Shown: positions 40,144-41,148 of the stretch, piece after piece
Numbering within the stretch: the stretch's first letter is position 1
How the letters are laid out: every line of letters starts with the position of its first letter
Source of the DNA: a virus
UHGV virus genome: UHGV-0181186
Direction: 5' to 3' (one strand)
DNA length: 41,148 nucleotides
Notes under the pieces: generated by a model
What the model was told of the DNA's origin: nothing
The model's input: the letters and a program-made list of their open reading frames with translations, nothing else
The model's database searches: none
Program-made: the position numbers and the translations under genes

Positions 40144-41043
40144 ATGGCAGATTACAAATTGAGTCAGTTAAACTCAATCGACACAATTCGTTCAGAAGAC
40201 CTATTGCACATCAGAGTTAAGAAAAGACCTGAAATGTTGGGTGACGAAGACCGTAGAATGACCTATCAAGACTTCTTAGCTTCCTTCAAACTAGAAAGGT
40301 TTGTTCAGATTGCTGGAAGCACTATGACGGGGGATTTAGGTATTGTCAAGTTACTTTACGGTGGTAAGGCAGTATTTGACCCTACAGGTTCTTCTGAAAT
40401 TACTATTGGGGATGTTTTAAAGACTTTTAAAATTAACTCAAATGGGCTTAAACTCACTATTGCAGATGCCACAAGGTCGGCAACTGTTTATCATACTTTG
40501 AATAAACCAAGCCCTAATGAACTTGGTATGAGAACTAATGAAGAGAATGATGCAAGATATGCAAGGCTTGCTGTTACAAACACATTCTCTGGAACTCAGA
40601 ACATTCAAGGTGATGCTAACTTACTTCGTCTTAGAAACCAGAATGCAAATAATGCGCAATATATTGAGGGTGTGAACTTAGATGGTTCAGCTAGATGGTG
40701 GGTTGGTATTGGTAGTAATGGCTCTGATGAAGTAAAACTGTACAATAACAAATACAACTCAGCTTTGACTATTGCAAGCAATATCTCTGTTAATAAGTCT
40801 TTAGCAATCACTGGACAAGTTCAACCTTCAGATTTCTCTAACTTAGATGCTAGATACATTACGCCAACAGCTAGTAATAACAGATTCATAACTAATGCAA
40901 GTAATAATTTTAATGCAGTAAACAACACATTTAGGGCTAATAACGGTATTATTGTTATAGACGCTACACACATTACAGCAATATTTAATGTTTTGTTAAG
41001 GAAAGATGATGAATTTCCGGATTACAATTGGATTCCAGAATAA
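40144..41043 (+). CDS. probable tail fibre / receptor-binding protein
   Basis: ORF-track start at 40075 overlaps the upstream gene; start moved to the ATG after AAGAGGA; Asn/Thr/Ser-rich. Confidence 0.55.
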   Translation: MADYKLSQLNSIDTIRSEDLLHIRVKKRPEMLGDEDRRMTYQDFLASFKLERFVQIAGSTMTGDLGIVKLLYGGKAVFDPTGSSEITIGDVLKTFKINSNGLKLTIADATRSATVYHTLNKPSPNELGMRTNEENDARYARLAVTNTFSGTQNIQGDANLLRLRNQNANNAQYIEGVNLDGSARWWVGIGSNGSDEVKLYNNKYNSALTIASNISVNKSLAITGQVQPSDFSNLDARYITPTASNNRFITNASNNFNAVNNTFRANNGIIVIDATHITAIFNVLLRKDDEFPDYNWIPE

Positions 41044-41148
41044 CTGTATTTTAGGGTAACAAAATTGGTAGCAGCACCACCAACACCAAACCACCATCTT
41101 GATACAATAGTAGTATCCACACCACGAATATATAATGGTCTAGTCTGA

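Overview
This window reads as part of a large tailed dsDNA phage with a contractile (myovirus-type) tail; all calls are from reading the sequence and ORF track, no searches were run. Layout: (1) 240-1764, four small + strand genes with a repeated hairpin/RBS cassette; (2) 1830-3400, a 1.6-kb ORF-free region packed with short iterons at roughly helical-turn spacing, bounded by convergent terminators; (3) 3438-11348, a leftward block of about 18 small genes including a GH24 endolysin and tandem paralogs carrying Ig-like domains; (4) a divergent promoter region, then a rightward operon opening with a small basic protein and a 471-aa Ro60-like (TROVE plus vWA/MIDAS) protein; (5) 13.6-19.2 kb, an array of about 27 tRNA genes interrupted by an HNH endonuclease, a two-gene cassette, one further ORF, and repeated structured non-tRNA elements, one of which has the architecture of a circularly permuted tRNA; (6) 19.4-41 kb, packaging, head and tail morphogenesis genes. 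The most interesting candidate is a phage Ro60 (Rsr)-like protein sitting next to candidate Y-RNA/YrlA-like elements. tRNA coordinates and anticodons were hand-folded and need confirmation with tRNAscan-SE or ARAGORN.
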